In this document: piece by piece, positions 63,545 to 64,000 of the stretch | Position numbering within the stretch: the stretch's first letter is position 1 | How the letters are laid out: each line of letters starts with the position of its first letter | Origin: Chloroflexota bacterium | GTDB lineage: Bacteria > Chloroflexota > Dormibacteria > Dormibacterales > Dormibacteraceae | Length of the DNA stretch: 64,000 nt | Assembly: GCA_005889495.1 (NCBI GenBank) | Contig: VBHA01000065.1 | Span: 4,961-68,960 of the forward strand | Reading direction: 5' to 3' | The notes under the pieces: model-generated | The model's database searches: none | The model's input: the letters and a program-made list of their open reading frames with translations, nothing else | Told to the model about the DNA's origin: nothing | Program-made: the position numbers and the translations under genes

Positions 63545-63604
63545 GGATAGTCCGGACTATCCGGAGTCTGGACCGGGCTTGTTGCCGGACAGTCCGGACT
63601 ATCC
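63545..63604. repeat. palindromic doublet repeat family 1, copy b
   Basis: GGATAGTCCGGACTATCC lies at 63545-62 and GGACAGTCCGGACTATCC at 63587-604, 42 bp apart. The second box contains the glgB stop codon. Confidence 0.85.
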
Positions 63605-64000
63605 GAAGGTTTCCGGTCCGCCGTCCCCCGGCTCGGGTTTGAGGAACAGCGCCGCCAGCGGCGGCAGCGTCAGCGTCACGCTGTGCGAGTGCCCGTGCAT
63701 CGCCACCGGCACCGCGTCGACCCCGCCCATGTTGCCCATCCCGCTCCCTCCGTACAGCGGCGCGTCGCCGTTGAGCAGCTCGCGCCACCTCCCTGCCGAC
63801 GGGATGCCGATCTGGTAGTTGTCCCTCGGCACCGGCGTGAAGTTGAACACCGCGACCACGACGTCCGCTGGCGAGCTGCCCCGACGGATCAGCGAGACCA
63901 CGCTGTGGTCCGCGTCGGTGACATCGATCCACTGAAACCCGGCCGGCTCGAAGTCCAGCTCGTGCAGCGCCTTCTCCTCGCGCAGGATCCGGTTCAGGTC
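63599..64000 (-). CDS. glgB: 1,4-alpha-glucan branching enzyme, C-terminal part (5' end outside the window)
   Basis: The frame is open to nt 64000. It reads DLNRILREEKALHELDFEPAGFQWIDVTDADHSV...VFNFTPVPRDNYQIGIP...YGGSGMGN...LTLPPLAALFL. Confidence 0.9.
   Translation of the reverse strand, partial: DLNRILREEKALHELDFEPAGFQWIDVTDADHSVVSLIRRGSSPADVVVAVFNFTPVPRDNYQIGIPSAGRWRELLNGDAPLYGGSGMGNMGGVDAVPVAMHGHSHSVTLTLPPLAALFLKPEPGDGGPETFG

Overview
High-GC, densely coding bacterial chromosomal window with about 60 supportable CDS. I recognised no rRNA, tRNA, CRISPR array, transposase or phage gene. GTG/TTG starts and 4-nt ATGA/GTGA/TTGA gene overlaps are common. Gene content fits an actinobacterial or Chloroflexi-like soil organism, but taxonomy cannot be settled from here.

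Layout:
- 0-9 kb: regulators and stress genes. These are a 5'-partial CheR-PAS protein, a receiver-less winged-helix regulator, a NarL-type response regulator (RR), an HTH-MEDS protein, a Crp/Fnr regulator, a DJ-1/PIG-L/YjbQ operon, a sigma-70 factor and a LysE exporter.
- 9-24 kb: small regulator/transporter modules. These are TetR+MFS, ArsR+SRPBCC+DUF1801+YdeI, TMEM175, an SDR, a CPA2 antiporter, MpaB+ABC1 kinase, an MHS transporter, DCC+TIGR02206, a nitroreductase and a K+ channel.
- 24-29 kb: a 1322-aa secreted BNR/Asp-box protein followed by an orphan NarL RR.
- 29-58 kb: a large carbohydrate locus. It holds two amylo-alpha-1,6-glucosidase-like genes flanking a GT4, a 4xGAF protein fused to a G6PD-like dehydrogenase, GH1, and an ABC sugar importer. 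It also holds a sulfatase, an MFS transporter, a ThuA/Gfo-Idh-MocA/TIM-barrel operon, two LacI regulators, GH2, an MsiK-like ATPase and GH15. A ParB-like/DUF4032-type gene and adk also lie in this span, between the MsiK-like ATPase and GH15.
- 58-60 kb: a lower-GC islet with a small membrane protein, a Zn-metallopeptidase and a second receiver-less winged-helix regulator.
- 60-64 kb: a membrane-anchored S1 protease pair, a polytopic membrane-HTH protein coupled to a cyclase, and the glgB 3' end.

Main hunt results:
1. A DCC-family thiol-disulfide oxidoreductase has in-frame TGA at both CxxC cysteine positions, followed by a SECIS-like hairpin. It is a candidate UxxU selenoprotein, or alternatively a pseudogene.
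2. Three families of short structured or palindromic repeats are present. Two are built as doublets spaced exactly 42 bp apart. The third is a tandem hairpin with compensatory changes, and one copy sits in-frame inside the LysE gene.
3. The 4xGAF + G6PD-like dehydrogenase fusion is an unusual architecture.
4. The palindrome GCGAACGTTCGC is shared by two divergent promoter regions of the sugar locus.

All family calls come from motifs read by eye. No database search was run.
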